Part shown: positions 50,010-60,096 of the stretch, one piece after another
How the letters are laid out: every line of letters begins with the position of its first letter
Numbering within the stretch: the first letter of the stretch is position 1
Source of the DNA: an uncultured Chlamydiae bacterium
Lineage (GTDB): Bacteria; Chlamydiota; Chlamydiia; Chlamydiales; Parachlamydiaceae
Assembly (NCBI GenBank): GCA_963754655.1
Contig: CAVWGN010000001.1
Coordinates: forward strand, 704,001-768,000
Length of the DNA stretch: 64,000 nt
Direction: 5' to 3'
The notes under the pieces: model-generated
The model's database searches: none
Told to the model about the DNA's origin: nothing
What the model saw: the letters and a program-made list of their open reading frames with translations, nothing else
Position numbers and translations under genes: made by a program

Positions 50010-51525
50010 GACGCACGCTCCTATTCCTGTAGTAATGGACAACGTAGTAATCAATAAGAGGGGCAAAGACATTTGCCATTAAGATCGCTAGCATCACTCC
50101 TTCTGGATAAGCAGGGTTAATCGCTCGAATAACAAGTGTCACAATTCCTGCCATTGCCCCATAAATCCACCGTCCAAGCTTTGTAGACGGAGAGGAAACG
50201 GGATCGGTTGCCATAAAAACAATTCCAAAAGCTAAACCTCCTAATAAGAGATGCTTATAGGCAGGGAATGCTAAGGGTGCGGGATTCCAAGCGCCTCCAT
50301 CGGCTCCCAAAAAACGAGCTCCGACTTCGAATAGCAAAGCTGTTAGAAAAGCGCCCATTGTCATTCCTGCCATGGTGCGCCAAGAACCTACTCGTGTCCA
50401 AATCAAAATAAATGCGCCAATCAGACAAGCTAAAACAGAAGTTTCGCCCATCGATCCTAATCTGTCTCCTAAAAAGAAATTCCAATTCCCATTATGTCCC
50501 AAGCCATAATTGAGAGCGGCGAAATGGTAAGCGTCTTCATAATTACCAGATGATAATCCAAGTCCTCCATCAGGAATGGAAGCTGTGACAAATTCGCGTA
50601 ATTGATCAGGCTGAAGCTGCGTTAATGTCGCTTGATGGTGTCCTGCCTCGTTCCATTGCTGAAACTGCTTTTCAATGGCAGGATAGGTGCTAACCTTTGA
50701 TCCCAAATCGTTGGATGCAATGGCGTCGACATGAATGCGTTTAATTTCAGGAGAAATGTTGTAGCGGCCAAGCCGGGTGGCTTGGCTATAACCATCAAGC
50801 GCTGTCGTATGGGCTTCTTGATTCATTTTCAATAAGCTTTCGCGTATGACAGTGGGATTTGTTCCCACCCAAACATCACCTGACATTTTACCGGGAAAAG
50901 TAAAGAAAAGAAAAGCTCGGCAGGCCAAGGCAGGGTTGACAATGTTCATTCCCGATCCACCAAAAACTTCTTTGCCCAAGATGACCCCTGCGGCTACACC
51001 CACAGCAATCATCCAGTAAGGAATTGTAGAGGGCAAAATCAAAGCATATAAGATCCCAGTGACTAAAAATCCTTCAGTCATTTCATGTTGACGCACAATG
51101 GCAAACAAAGCTTCACATAGGCCTCCTACTGCATAAGTAATGATCACAACAGGAAGCAGTGCGATCAGACCTAATTTAATAATTTCTAAATAGCGATTTT
51201 CTTTAAAGGCAAAGTCAAAATAACCATTGAGCGAATTAGCTCCTTCGAGATATTCATTCATCAAGTGATAATTGCCGCTGGAATAGACAAAGCTTTGTAA
51301 ACCCGTATTCCATATTGCCATAAGAAGACAGGGAATAAGGGCAAATACCACGATCATCATCCAACGTTTGATGTCCACTGCATCTCGAATATGCGGAGAC
51401 TTCCTTGTATTTAGTGGAGCTTCATAGAGAAAAGTATCTGTCGCTTCAACTAAGGGACGTAAGCGATGAAGAACTTTGCCTTTTTCAGTTAAAGAGAGTT
51501 GATAATCAAGAATGCGCCGCAACAT
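49996..51525 (-). CDS. nqrB: Na+-NQR subunit B
   Basis: HIRDAVDIKRWM, KEVFGGSGMN, GSMGETS, FMATDPVS and YPEGVMLAIL motifs. Confidence 0.96.
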   Translation of the reverse strand: MLRRILDYQLSLTEKGKVLHRLRPLVEATDTFLYEAPLNTRKSPHIRDAVDIKRWMMIVVFALIPCLLMAIWNTGLQSFVYSSGNYHLMNEYLEGANSLNGYFDFAFKENRYLEIIKLGLIALLPVVIITYAVGGLCEALFAIVRQHEMTEGFLVTGILYALILPSTIPYWMIAVGVAAGVILGKEVFGGSGMNIVNPALACRAFLFFTFPGKMSGDVWVGTNPTVIRESLLKMNQEAHTTALDGYSQATRLGRYNISPEIKRIHVDAIASNDLGSKVSTYPAIEKQFQQWNEAGHHQATLTQLQPDQLREFVTASIPDGGLGLSSGNYEDAYHFAALNYGLGHNGNWNFFLGDRLGSMGETSVLACLIGAFILIWTRVGSWRTMAGMTMGAFLTALLFEVGARFLGADGGAWNPAPLAFPAYKHLLLGGLAFGIVFMATDPVSSPSTKLGRWIYGAMAGIVTLVIRAINPAYPEGVMLAILMANVFAPLIDYYVVHYYRNRSVRRVKI

Positions 51526-51607
51526 GCTTTTGCCTTTATACTTAAAATCATCTGGCGTCAGGCTATCAAATTCAATTGATCTTGCAAATAAAAAAATAGT
51601 CCCCTAC

Positions 51608-52105
51608 TTAAGATCGAGAAGCTTCCGTCTTGATAGGCAAAATTTGGTAGTGTACAAGTGTAAAAGCCGATGTATAGGGAAAAGGGCAAACAACGCGATA
51701 GGGAAGTCCCGTTGGGAGATGATAAACAAAGTAAAAAAGATTGCCATTTTCTAAACGAGGAGCATGCATGACTGAAACATCAAAAAGTTTATAATCGGTT
51801 AAGCGATAAGGAAAAACATCGCTAGGATATTTCTTTTCCAATTCTATTTGTTCTATGTAAAATTTTTGATAATGGGCAATCTGATCAATAAACTGAAATT
51901 GCAGACCCTTCCATAGAAAATTAGAAATTTCCGCAAACTCTTTAAGATAAGCAGGATCAGAAAGACATAAGACATGTTGGTTAAGTAGCCAGACATGATT
52001 GAAAAAAATATCTTCGCATTCTACCACTGGAGTTTGATCTTGCATGATTAAGCGAAGAGTATAGGAGCCAAGAGGAATTTCTTTAATGGCGGCAGAAAAC
52101 GACAT
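51608..52105 (-). CDS. Hypothetical protein upstream of nqrB
   Basis: 165-aa ORF with AAGGAG RBS. Confidence 0.65.
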   Translation of the reverse strand: MSFSAAIKEIPLGSYTLRLIMQDQTPVVECEDIFFNHVWLLNQHVLCLSDPAYLKEFAEISNFLWKGLQFQFIDQIAHYQKFYIEQIELEKKYPSDVFPYRLTDYKLFDVSVMHAPRLENGNLFYFVYHLPTGLPYRVVCPFPYTSAFTLVHYQILPIKTEASRS

Positions 52106-52325
52106 GTTGTTTCTCCTTGATTGGCAAAAGACTAAAAAGACTTAGAAGGCAAAAGAGAATTTGTCTTTTGCTCCTTATGTCCTTTAGGTCCTTTTAGTCC
52201 TAACCTCTAAGTGTGAGTGTGGCATATCAAAGCTAAAAACGCAAGTGGTGAAAATCCTCCAAAAGAAACGTCTGAGACAGTATTGTTTTAGATGTCAGAA
52301 TGAAATGAATCATGAGTAAAGTCCT

Positions 52326-55300
52326 ATGAAGCGGATAAGGTGGATAATTGTTGGCTCTTTGTTCTTCTGTATGCTTATTTTTCATCATGCTTTCTTGACT
52401 TTCCTTGCCAGTTGGGCGCTCCAAGTTTTTTCTGTTTCTCATTGGGGGGGATCTCTTCAATATGAAAATCTCTCTTTGATAGGCACACGATTAGTGATCA
52501 TTCAGCCTCGATTTGAGCATGCCTCTTCCTTTAAAGCTGAACGCATAGCCTTAAATTTTAATGTTCATTTATGGAAACGGCAACTGGATGTTGAAATAGA
52601 AATTGAACAACCTCATTGGCATTTTCAGATGCCTATGACTTCGCAATGGGAAAAATGGGCAAAACTCTTGAGTCAGGAAGAAAATTGGATCAAAATCCAT
52701 CCCCATTTGCATATTAAAAAGGGTTTGGTCACTTGGTCATTTGAAGAGGAGCCTTCTCATCAATTGCATTTTGATTTGGCAATCAATAATCAAGAAGGTG
52801 GCTCTATTCAACTTTATTTCGATTCTGAGGAATCGATGACTCCTTCACTTGTTTTGCAAACATTTCAGGTTGCTCATGGCGTAGAAATCAACTGCACCTG
52901 CGAAAAAATCAGTTGTCCCTCTTTTATTGCTCTAGCTCAATTTTTTGGAGTTAATGTTTCGCCTTGGCAACTCACATCCGGTTCCTTGCATGGGCAATTA
53001 AAGGCCATTTTTCCTAGAATGAAAAGACCCTATCTTGAAGGCGAATTAATTGTTGAAAAATTGATATTTAATCAATTAGGAATTGCACTAAATGGACAAA
53101 TTGAACAGGCACGTCTTAAATTAGAAAAAAATCAACCTGCTTATGAATTGAATGATCAAATTTCGACGACTATTGGACAACTTGACATTCTCAAACCTGC
53201 CTCCTTGTCTTATGATTCTCCAATCCATGCATGGACCCTGCAACGGATCCTGGGAAGCATTCAACTTAACCCGATGGCGACAGCTCTCATTAATCTTGAA
53301 GCTCAAAGAGGCGATGACCCTCATGGCTCTTGTTGGGGTCTAACAGGCAAGGCGAATTTAAATGCTCAACGTTCATTCAATTTAGATTTAACTTTGTCTT
53401 GTTATGCTTGGGGACAGCCTAATGGCAAAATGCATTTAGCTTTAAACCAATTGCAAGAGGGACATAAACATGCTGAAATGCAATTGGAGAATCTTTCTCA
53501 TGCAGACTGCGATTTCTTACAGACTTTGCTTGCGACCTATTGGCCAATTTTTAATGAGGTGTTGCTTACTGATGGCAAACTCAATGCTTTAATTGAAGCA
53601 GATGTGATGCATCAGGGAATTGGAGAACTCCATATCAAGCAATTTGAAGCCTTTGGTTTACGTTCCAAAATTAAACCTTGGAATATGAGTTGCGACTTTG
53701 AACAAATAAGAGGTTCTGGAAAAGTCCATCTTGGAAAACAAGATTTTTGGCAATCGCTTACGGCAGAATTGCATGTAGAAGAGGGGAAAATTCAATTTGA
53801 AAATCTCAGTCCTTCGTTACCTTTAACTGATATTCAAGCCCATTTACTCATTCAACAAGGACATGTCGAACATTCATTAATCACTCTTCAACTTGCAGGT
53901 TTGAAAGGAAAAATGGATGTTGAATGGGGCAAGCATAAACAACTTTTAACTTTTAAATTAGATGGAATTGTAGAGGATTTAGCACATTTGCTGCCTAATA
54001 GTTTACAAGAGGGTTTGCATAAACATTTTCATCATAATCATTTGATGGTATTGGCTAATTTTAAAAGGCAAAACCAACAAATTGAACTTGGTGGTACACT
54101 CCATATTCAACGTACGAATACAGATCAAATGGATTTGATTCACTTCGGCTGTGATCTTAAAAAAATTCAAGAAGGCTCAGAATCCAAATATGTTCCAGTT
54201 GGCTGGTTCCATGCTCAGAAGCTTCCTCTAGAAAAGTTTTTATCTCCCTTCATTTTCCGTAATGGAATTTTACAAATGTCCGGAGAGGCAGAATTTAAAG
54301 GATCATTTGATGATCAATTTCTCCTCATTAAATACGATGTCAATGATTTAAAAATAGAAAATGACAATTTATGTATTGAAATCCCGCAGCTATATTCTCA
54401 AATTCCCGGGCAGCTTGTTGGATCGCATCGTCTCGATCTTCACACCTCTACTTATCAAGGGACTCTTCCTATTCAGTATGCCTCTTATTTTGAAAAAAAT
54501 ACTGGCCTTGCCTTTCAATCTATTCAGGGACTGATGACCTTTAAAAACGACTTTATCCGCATTGCCCCTATTGAAAGCTATTGTGAAGGAATTTATTTTT
54601 CTGGAGAGCTTGAATTAGATTATAGCGATCCCGTCCCTGGAGTATTTGATGTGAAGATTCATTGTCCAACCTTTTCCGGGAAAGTCTCTCAAATTCAAGA
54701 TTTAGTGGCCCATTTAGATCAACCTTCATTATTACATACAGTTCCTTTGGAAGGCGATGTGACAAGCAAAGAGGAGGGATTGCATTTAAACTTTACTTTT
54801 ATTCCTAATGACTATCAGTTCAAGGCCAATATTCGCGGAGCAATGACAGATGGAAGATTAGTCTTTAAAGAGGCTGACATGGCTCTTAAGGGAATTGATA
54901 TGGATATTGATTATGATCACCAGCAACAGCTTTTGGCTTTTACCGATATTCAAGGAGCGTTCTTGGTTGGTAAGCCTCGTCGAGTCGAAGAATATCTTTT
55001 TACTGGACATCACGTGCATTTTTATCAAATTGCTCAACCTAATATCGACATCGATGTTGCCATCAAGGATAAAGAAAAAGAGTTATTACGTTTAGTGGGA
55101 TATACACAGGAAGAGCAAGGAGGTGTCAAAAGTCTTTATTTAAATCAAAAGCTTTCCCATCTCAGTTGTCTTTACCCTCACGTTTGGCAATGCAAGATAA
55201 AAAATGGGGCACATCTAGAACAACTTGAGTTCCGCTCAGAATTTGATGTAGGAAATTTATTTCATGATTTATGCAGCTTTCGTAAAACGGGCTTTTCCTT

Positions 55301-57440
55301 TTTATCACCTAATATCATTGATAAAATTTCTCAATTTTTGCCCCTAGAAGGACAAGGCTTTTGTGCTCTTCATTATCATCCTGATCAAAGTTATACCTAT
55401 CAGCTCGAAGGAAGACGCATAAAACAAGGCAATCTTAGCGAACATTTTGGATGCCTCAAAGGAAGTAAACATGAGAAAAAATGGATTGTCGACCAATTGC
55501 AATGGGATGATTGGAATGTTTATGCAGAATTGCATCAGATGGAAGATAAATGGAAAATTCCTTTTTTAGGATTAAAGGTTGGGCAAGCTGTATTGCTTGG
55601 ATTAGAAGGGGATTGGTTTCATGAACATGCTTTTTTACAAGCAAAACTCAAATTTTGTGAGGTGGACTTAGATGAGTTGGATCATTTTGATGCTTTGAAA
55701 CCCTTCGTAACGAAATGGTGGCCAAAAGGAAAAGTAAATGCAACAGGAGAAATTGAATGGAATCTCCTCACTTCTAATTTTTGGGAGGGTTGTCAAGCTT
55801 CTTTATTAGCAGAGGCCAGCAATTTATCTTTTAGAGATTATCCTTTACGAGTTTTAAATTCTTTCAAAATAGATCTTCATCCGCTTCACCATTTTCGTTT
55901 GGAGAATCTCCACCTTGAACTTTTTCCGTTAAAAAGCCACTCTTATATCGATTTAAAAACATTTGAATATTTGACTGCTCAGGATTCTATTGGTTTTATG
56001 CAAACTGTTTTTAACATTCCTCATACGCAATTAAAAATTGTAGGAGAAGCACTTCATCATCATTTTCCCGATGTGTTTGATGTGACCGTGAAAGAGCTCT
56101 TCGTAAACGCGAAGCGAGAAAAAGCGTTAAAGGGAGTTCTAACAGTTGAACATCGCCTTCCTGGTCAGAATTTTCTGCAGTTAAAACTAGAAGATGGCCT
56201 TTATCTATTCAAAAAACGAGAATATGATCTCAAACAATTTGATCTGCAAATGATTGGAGAAGACTTGCGGTTCTCAGCTTTTTCTCAGCAAGAGTGCTAT
56301 CCATTTCAAGTGATTGGACAATCCAAGTGGCCTGCTTGTCAACAAGTCCAATGTCAATTCATCGGTGCGGGGACATCCCAACCCTTAATGGTCCAATGGC
56401 AGAATCATCCACAACAAGGATGGATGCTTCATGCTATGCAGGGGGATTTTGGCGGTTGTTCTTTCCGTTTAAGAGAAGATCAAGAAGCTGCGCCAAATAC
56501 TGGATGGATGGCTTTACAAGGGCAAATCACAGTAGATTTTAATCAGTTATGCCCGTTGTTATCTCGATCTGTAGCTGAAGCCATTCAAAAATTAAAAATG
56601 GGATCTTTTTATTCTTTTATAGGCCATTTTTGGATGAATTCAGATGTGGGTTCGACTTTTTTGGATACTATTTCTTTTCAGGGAAGCTTGACAAGTGAAA
56701 AGGCTATTTTGAAAGGATATCAAGTGCAGAGTTTGCAAGCAGATGTCCAATATGTGCCTGGCCGCTTAGATATGCAAAATGTGTGGATTCAAGATCCAGC
56801 AGGAAATCTTAAGGCTGCGAATTGCATGGTGATTCAAGATCAGAAGTTTGATAAATGGACTTTTTTTATTCCAAGCCTGACAGTAAAAAATTTGCGCCTT
56901 AATCATTTAAGAGATGCAGAAGATGATGCTCGGATCAATTCTAAATTCCGTTCATTGATTGTGAAGCGAATTGAATTTCAAGATTTGAGTGGGGAATTGA
57001 ATCAACTGCACACTTGGCAAGCGGAGGGAAACTTACATTTTGTGAATCCATCACGCAAGAATTTTTTTCATCCTCTTTTGGCAATTCCAGCTGAAATTAT
57101 TTTGCGTTTAGGTTTGGATCCGCATGTTTTTAATCCTGTCACGGGTATCATTTACTTTCGCTTACAGAACAGACGCTTTTATTTCAATCGTTTTAAAGAT
57201 GTCTATAGCGAAGGTAGAGGATCAAAATTTTACTTAGCACAGGACAACGATTCTTCTTGGATGGACTTTGATGGAAATCTATCGGTCAATGTGCGCATGA
57301 AGCAATATAACCTTATTTTCAAAATTGCAGAACTTTTCACAGTATCCATTCAGGGTAATATCAAAAGGCCCCGTTATAGTTTACAAAAGCAATCGAAAGG
57401 CTCTCGAAAAAGACAAATGCCACCCATGGTGAGTAGCTAA
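52326..57440 (+). CDS. Large beta-rich envelope protein, AsmA/TamB/YhdP-like (1704 aa)
   Basis: N-terminal TM anchor, amphipathic beta-strand pattern throughout, C-terminal VSIQGNIKRPRY motif. Confidence 0.55.
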   Translation: MKRIRWIIVGSLFFCMLIFHHAFLTFLASWALQVFSVSHWGGSLQYENLSLIGTRLVIIQPRFEHASSFKAERIALNFNVHLWKRQLDVEIEIEQPHWHFQMPMTSQWEKWAKLLSQEENWIKIHPHLHIKKGLVTWSFEEEPSHQLHFDLAINNQEGGSIQLYFDSEESMTPSLVLQTFQVAHGVEINCTCEKISCPSFIALAQFFGVNVSPWQLTSGSLHGQLKAIFPRMKRPYLEGELIVEKLIFNQLGIALNGQIEQARLKLEKNQPAYELNDQISTTIGQLDILKPASLSYDSPIHAWTLQRILGSIQLNPMATALINLEAQRGDDPHGSCWGLTGKANLNAQRSFNLDLTLSCYAWGQPNGKMHLALNQLQEGHKHAEMQLENLSHADCDFLQTLLATYWPIFNEVLLTDGKLNALIEADVMHQGIGELHIKQFEAFGLRSKIKPWNMSCDFEQIRGSGKVHLGKQDFWQSLTAELHVEEGKIQFENLSPSLPLTDIQAHLLIQQGHVEHSLITLQLAGLKGKMDVEWGKHKQLLTFKLDGIVEDLAHLLPNSLQEGLHKHFHHNHLMVLANFKRQNQQIELGGTLHIQRTNTDQMDLIHFGCDLKKIQEGSESKYVPVGWFHAQKLPLEKFLSPFIFRNGILQMSGEAEFKGSFDDQFLLIKYDVNDLKIENDNLCIEIPQLYSQIPGQLVGSHRLDLHTSTYQGTLPIQYASYFEKNTGLAFQSIQGLMTFKNDFIRIAPIESYCEGIYFSGELELDYSDPVPGVFDVKIHCPTFSGKVSQIQDLVAHLDQPSLLHTVPLEGDVTSKEEGLHLNFTFIPNDYQFKANIRGAMTDGRLVFKEADMALKGIDMDIDYDHQQQLLAFTDIQGAFLVGKPRRVEEYLFTGHHVHFYQIAQPNIDIDVAIKDKEKELLRLVGYTQEEQGGVKSLYLNQKLSHLSCLYPHVWQCKIKNGAHLEQLEFRSEFDVGNLFHDLCSFRKTGFSFLSPNIIDKISQFLPLEGQGFCALHYHPDQSYTYQLEGRRIKQGNLSEHFGCLKGSKHEKKWIVDQLQWDDWNVYAELHQMEDKWKIPFLGLKVGQAVLLGLEGDWFHEHAFLQAKLKFCEVDLDELDHFDALKPFVTKWWPKGKVNATGEIEWNLLTSNFWEGCQASLLAEASNLSFRDYPLRVLNSFKIDLHPLHHFRLENLHLELFPLKSHSYIDLKTFEYLTAQDSIGFMQTVFNIPHTQLKIVGEALHHHFPDVFDVTVKELFVNAKREKALKGVLTVEHRLPGQNFLQLKLEDGLYLFKKREYDLKQFDLQMIGEDLRFSAFSQQECYPFQVIGQSKWPACQQVQCQFIGAGTSQPLMVQWQNHPQQGWMLHAMQGDFGGCSFRLREDQEAAPNTGWMALQGQITVDFNQLCPLLSRSVAEAIQKLKMGSFYSFIGHFWMNSDVGSTFLDTISFQGSLTSEKAILKGYQVQSLQADVQYVPGRLDMQNVWIQDPAGNLKAANCMVIQDQKFDKWTFFIPSLTVKNLRLNHLRDAEDDARINSKFRSLIVKRIEFQDLSGELNQLHTWQAEGNLHFVNPSRKNFFHPLLAIPAEIILRLGLDPHVFNPVTGIIYFRLQNRRFYFNRFKDVYSEGRGSKFYLAQDNDSSWMDFDGNLSVNVRMKQYNLIFKIAELFTVSIQGNIKRPRYSLQKQSKGSRKRQMPPMVSS

Positions 57441-57726
57441 TACATGAGTAGAAGATATATCTTCCTCTTTTAACTTAACCTTCTTAATAATTTTTAGGCT
57501 TTGAGTATGCCGTCCTTTCAGGACTCGATGTCTTTTTGATAGAACCCAGGCCTCCGCTTCGCTGCGACCTGGGCTGTAACATGACGGCCCTTCAGGCCTT
57601 AACAAGAGATGTTTAAGTCCCTCTTCTATAGTCCCTAAATCATCTTTTTGTTAAGGCCTGAAGGGCCGTCCTTTCAGGACTCGATTCTTTTTTATTTTAC
57701 CCAGGCCTCCGCTTCGCTGCGACCTG

Positions 57727-58568
57727 GGGCGTGTTTTAAAAAGATTATTTATGATATAATAATAGTTGTAGGGACCCATAGGAGGTGTTTATGACTAGAA
57801 TGTTTTTAAAAGATAAGGACTGGGAGAAGCTAAGTCCATTATTACCTTCGCAAACAGGTAAACAGGGAAGACCTAGAAAAAATGATCGGTTGGTAATAGA
57901 AGGGATTTTATGGTCTATAAGAACGGGAGCTCCTTGGAGAGATATGCCCCCTGAATTTGGCCACTGGCAAACGATCTATTCAAGAATGCATAACTGGACC
58001 TTAAATGGAACTTGGTCAAAAATTTGGAGTGTTTTGAAAAAAAAATGCATCCCACGAATCACATATTATTGATTCTACAAGTGTTAAAGTACATCAAAAT
58101 GCAATGGGAGGTTTTGGAGGAAAAACATTTAATGGAATTGGAAAGACACAAGGTGGTTGGTCAACAAGAATTCATGTTGTAGTTAATGCTGAAGGGCAAC
58201 CATTAAAAGTAAAAATTGCTCCTGGAAATAGAAATGATAATTTATTTGCTAAATCTCTATTAAATGGGAAACGAGCAAAAAATGTTATAGCAGATCTAGC
58301 TTATGATACAGATGAAATTAGATACTATTTAATGAAAAGAAAGGAACGAGCTGTCATTCCAAGTCACCCAAAGAGAACTGATGAAATTCCCTATAGCAAG
58401 CGTTTGTATAAAAAAAGAAAGGTTGTGGAGAATTTTTTCCAAAAACTAAAAACTTTTAGACGAATTGCTACTCGTTACGATAAGTTAGGAAAAATATTTA
58501 GAGGAGTGGTTATAATTGCGTTTATTATAATTTATATCACACATTGGTAATGTTTTTCAAACACGCCC
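57727..58568 (+). mobile_element. IS5-family insertion sequence (IS427-like), 842 bp
   Basis: 21-bp TIRs GGGCGTGTTT(T/G)AAAAA(G/C)ATTA, 19/21 identical; TG duplicated (or CTGG if the ends are one base shorter); the empty site GACCTGGGCTG is seen in other G arms. Confidence 0.93.
57791..58550 (+). CDS. IS5-family transposase in two frames joined at an A9 run
   Basis: orfA: GILWSIRTGAPWRDMPPEFGHWQTIY; orfB frame: IIDSTSVKVHQ, ADLAYD, VENFFQKLKTFRRIATRYDK; GGAGG RBS before ATG 57791. Confidence 0.9.
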
Positions 58569-58823
58569 TGGGCTGTAACATGACGGCCCTTCAGGCCTTA
58601 ACAAGAGATGTTTAAGTCCCTCTTCTATAGTCCCTAAATCATCTTTTTGTTAAGGCCTGAAGGGCCGTCATGTTACAGCCCAGGTCGCAGCGAAGCGGAG
58701 GCCTGGGTAAAATAAAAAAGAATCGAGTCCTGAAAGGACGGCATAAACATACGACCTTCAATTCAACTATGCCAATTATTGTGAAAAATAAAGCTCATTT
58801 TTTGCACAAAATGAACACCCTAG

Positions 58824-58902
58824 ACCAGGGCAACGCCCTGGGTATAAGTGTGTTGTGTCATGCAGCCTGAAGGGCTGCCAGAGTGTCAAATTTTTAGTAA
58901 AA
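58824..58902. repeat. Solo family H arm
   Basis: CAGGGCAACGCCCTGGG..GTCATGCAGCCTGAAGGGCTGC..GTGTCAAATTTTTAGTAAAA, a reverse-complement match to about 20944-20990. Confidence 0.75.
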
Positions 58903-58906
58903 TACC

Positions 58907-58976
58907 AGTCATGAAACACGTCCTATGGGCCCTACAACTATATTTATATCATAAATAATCTTTTTCAAACACGCCC
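58907..58976 (-). mobile_element. Isolated inverted left end of the same IS5 lineage
   Basis: Reverse complement GGGCGTGTTTGAAAAAGATTATTTATGATATAAATATAGTTGTAGGGCCCATAGGACGTGTTTCATGACT aligns to 57727-57796. Confidence 0.85.
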
Positions 58977-59337
58977 CAGCCCAGAGCCGGGACTTAATAT
59001 CTAAGCAACTTTTTGGGGTTTTCTCTCTGTTCTTCGCGTCACTTTTGTTACCAGTGATTTTTATCAGTTTCAATGCCTTTTTTCCTTCATCTGTTTCTAA
59101 TTGCTCTTATCGGTTTTAGCACTTTCTTCCTTCGACTTAAGAATGTGGGACCAATATTTTCAACTTCCCATTGCTTAACTTCACTATAGGGATCATTCTC
59201 AAATGCTTAAACCAGTAAATCCTCTTCCATTTGATTACGAATCATTCGTAATTGACATTTTATTTTAATAATTTTATTTCTTGAATGTATACCTAATTGC
59301 CTTGTAATTCTTAACGGCTTAGATTCTTGAATAGGAG

Positions 59338-59910
59338 ATGGTTATGAAGTTATTCTGTTATACAATGTCATTGACGATGATCTTTGGATCTCTTTTGGGC
59401 GAGTCAGCGAATTCATCTAACAGTTCCCAACAATCTAATGGTTTTGATCCTGCTATTTATTTGAAATATGAAGATTATAAATGGGAGAAGCTCATTCCAG
59501 AATTGGGAGATCTATCAGCAGAAATGACAATTCTACATGTCAACCCCAAAACAGGAGGAACTCAATTAATGATTCGTTGTCCAAAAAATTATCATGCTCC
59601 AAAACATTGGCATACAGCTAATGAAACACATTATTGCGTTTATGGCCACTTTCTGATGAGAGATCATGATGGAAAAGTTGCAGACTTAAGCCCTGGTTCT
59701 TACAATTATATGCCAAGCAAAATGATTCATGAGGGATGGACCAATTCAGAGGAAGGAAATCTCCTTTACATATCTCTCGATGGTCCCTGGGATATCAATT
59801 TTATTGACGGAACGCCTACGCCCAAACAAGTGCATGATTTATCTAATAGACCTGTATTTCCCAAATCGTCAAAACCGCCTATATATCCCTCTGTAAGTGA
59901 GGTAAAATAA
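59338..59910 (+). CDS. Exported cupin-domain protein (DUF4437-like)
   Basis: Signal peptide; HWHTANETH and PGSYNYMPSKMIH cupin motifs; AGGAG RBS. Confidence 0.75.
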   Translation: MVMKLFCYTMSLTMIFGSLLGESANSSNSSQQSNGFDPAIYLKYEDYKWEKLIPELGDLSAEMTILHVNPKTGGTQLMIRCPKNYHAPKHWHTANETHYCVYGHFLMRDHDGKVADLSPGSYNYMPSKMIHEGWTNSEEGNLLYISLDGPWDINFIDGTPTPKQVHDLSNRPVFPKSSKPPIYPSVSEVK

Positions 59911-60096
59911 CAAGATTGTACTCGGAATAATCCTATTTTGGAGATTTCATTTTATTAGTTGTAGTTAGATAGAGATTATCTCGTCCATTCAGAGATGAAT
60001 GCTTTAAATTTGAAGGAGATCATCAAATTTTTCCAATCAAAAGTTCCGAAATCGTCCAGTCTCTATCGTTAAACTTTACTTTCAGCTTATACTCTT

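Larger units (their letters stand above)
57506..58823. repeat. Family G compound copy (partial duplication) interrupted by an IS
   Basis: Left arm, loop and partial right arm at 57506-57670; second left arm from 57665; IS; then loop and full right arm ending CACCCTAG at 58823. Confidence 0.85.

Noticed and set aside
47661..51525. nqr operon lacking nqrA and nqrF
   Set aside because: A split nqr arrangement is the usual chlamydial organisation, so this is not a novel loss.
52126..52204. Imperfect inverted repeat with GTCCTTT units between divergent genes
   Set aside because: Low complexity, weak pairing, and a single occurrence.
58998..59250. Possible gene remnant on the minus strand
   Set aside because: Interrupted by stops and has no recognisable motif.
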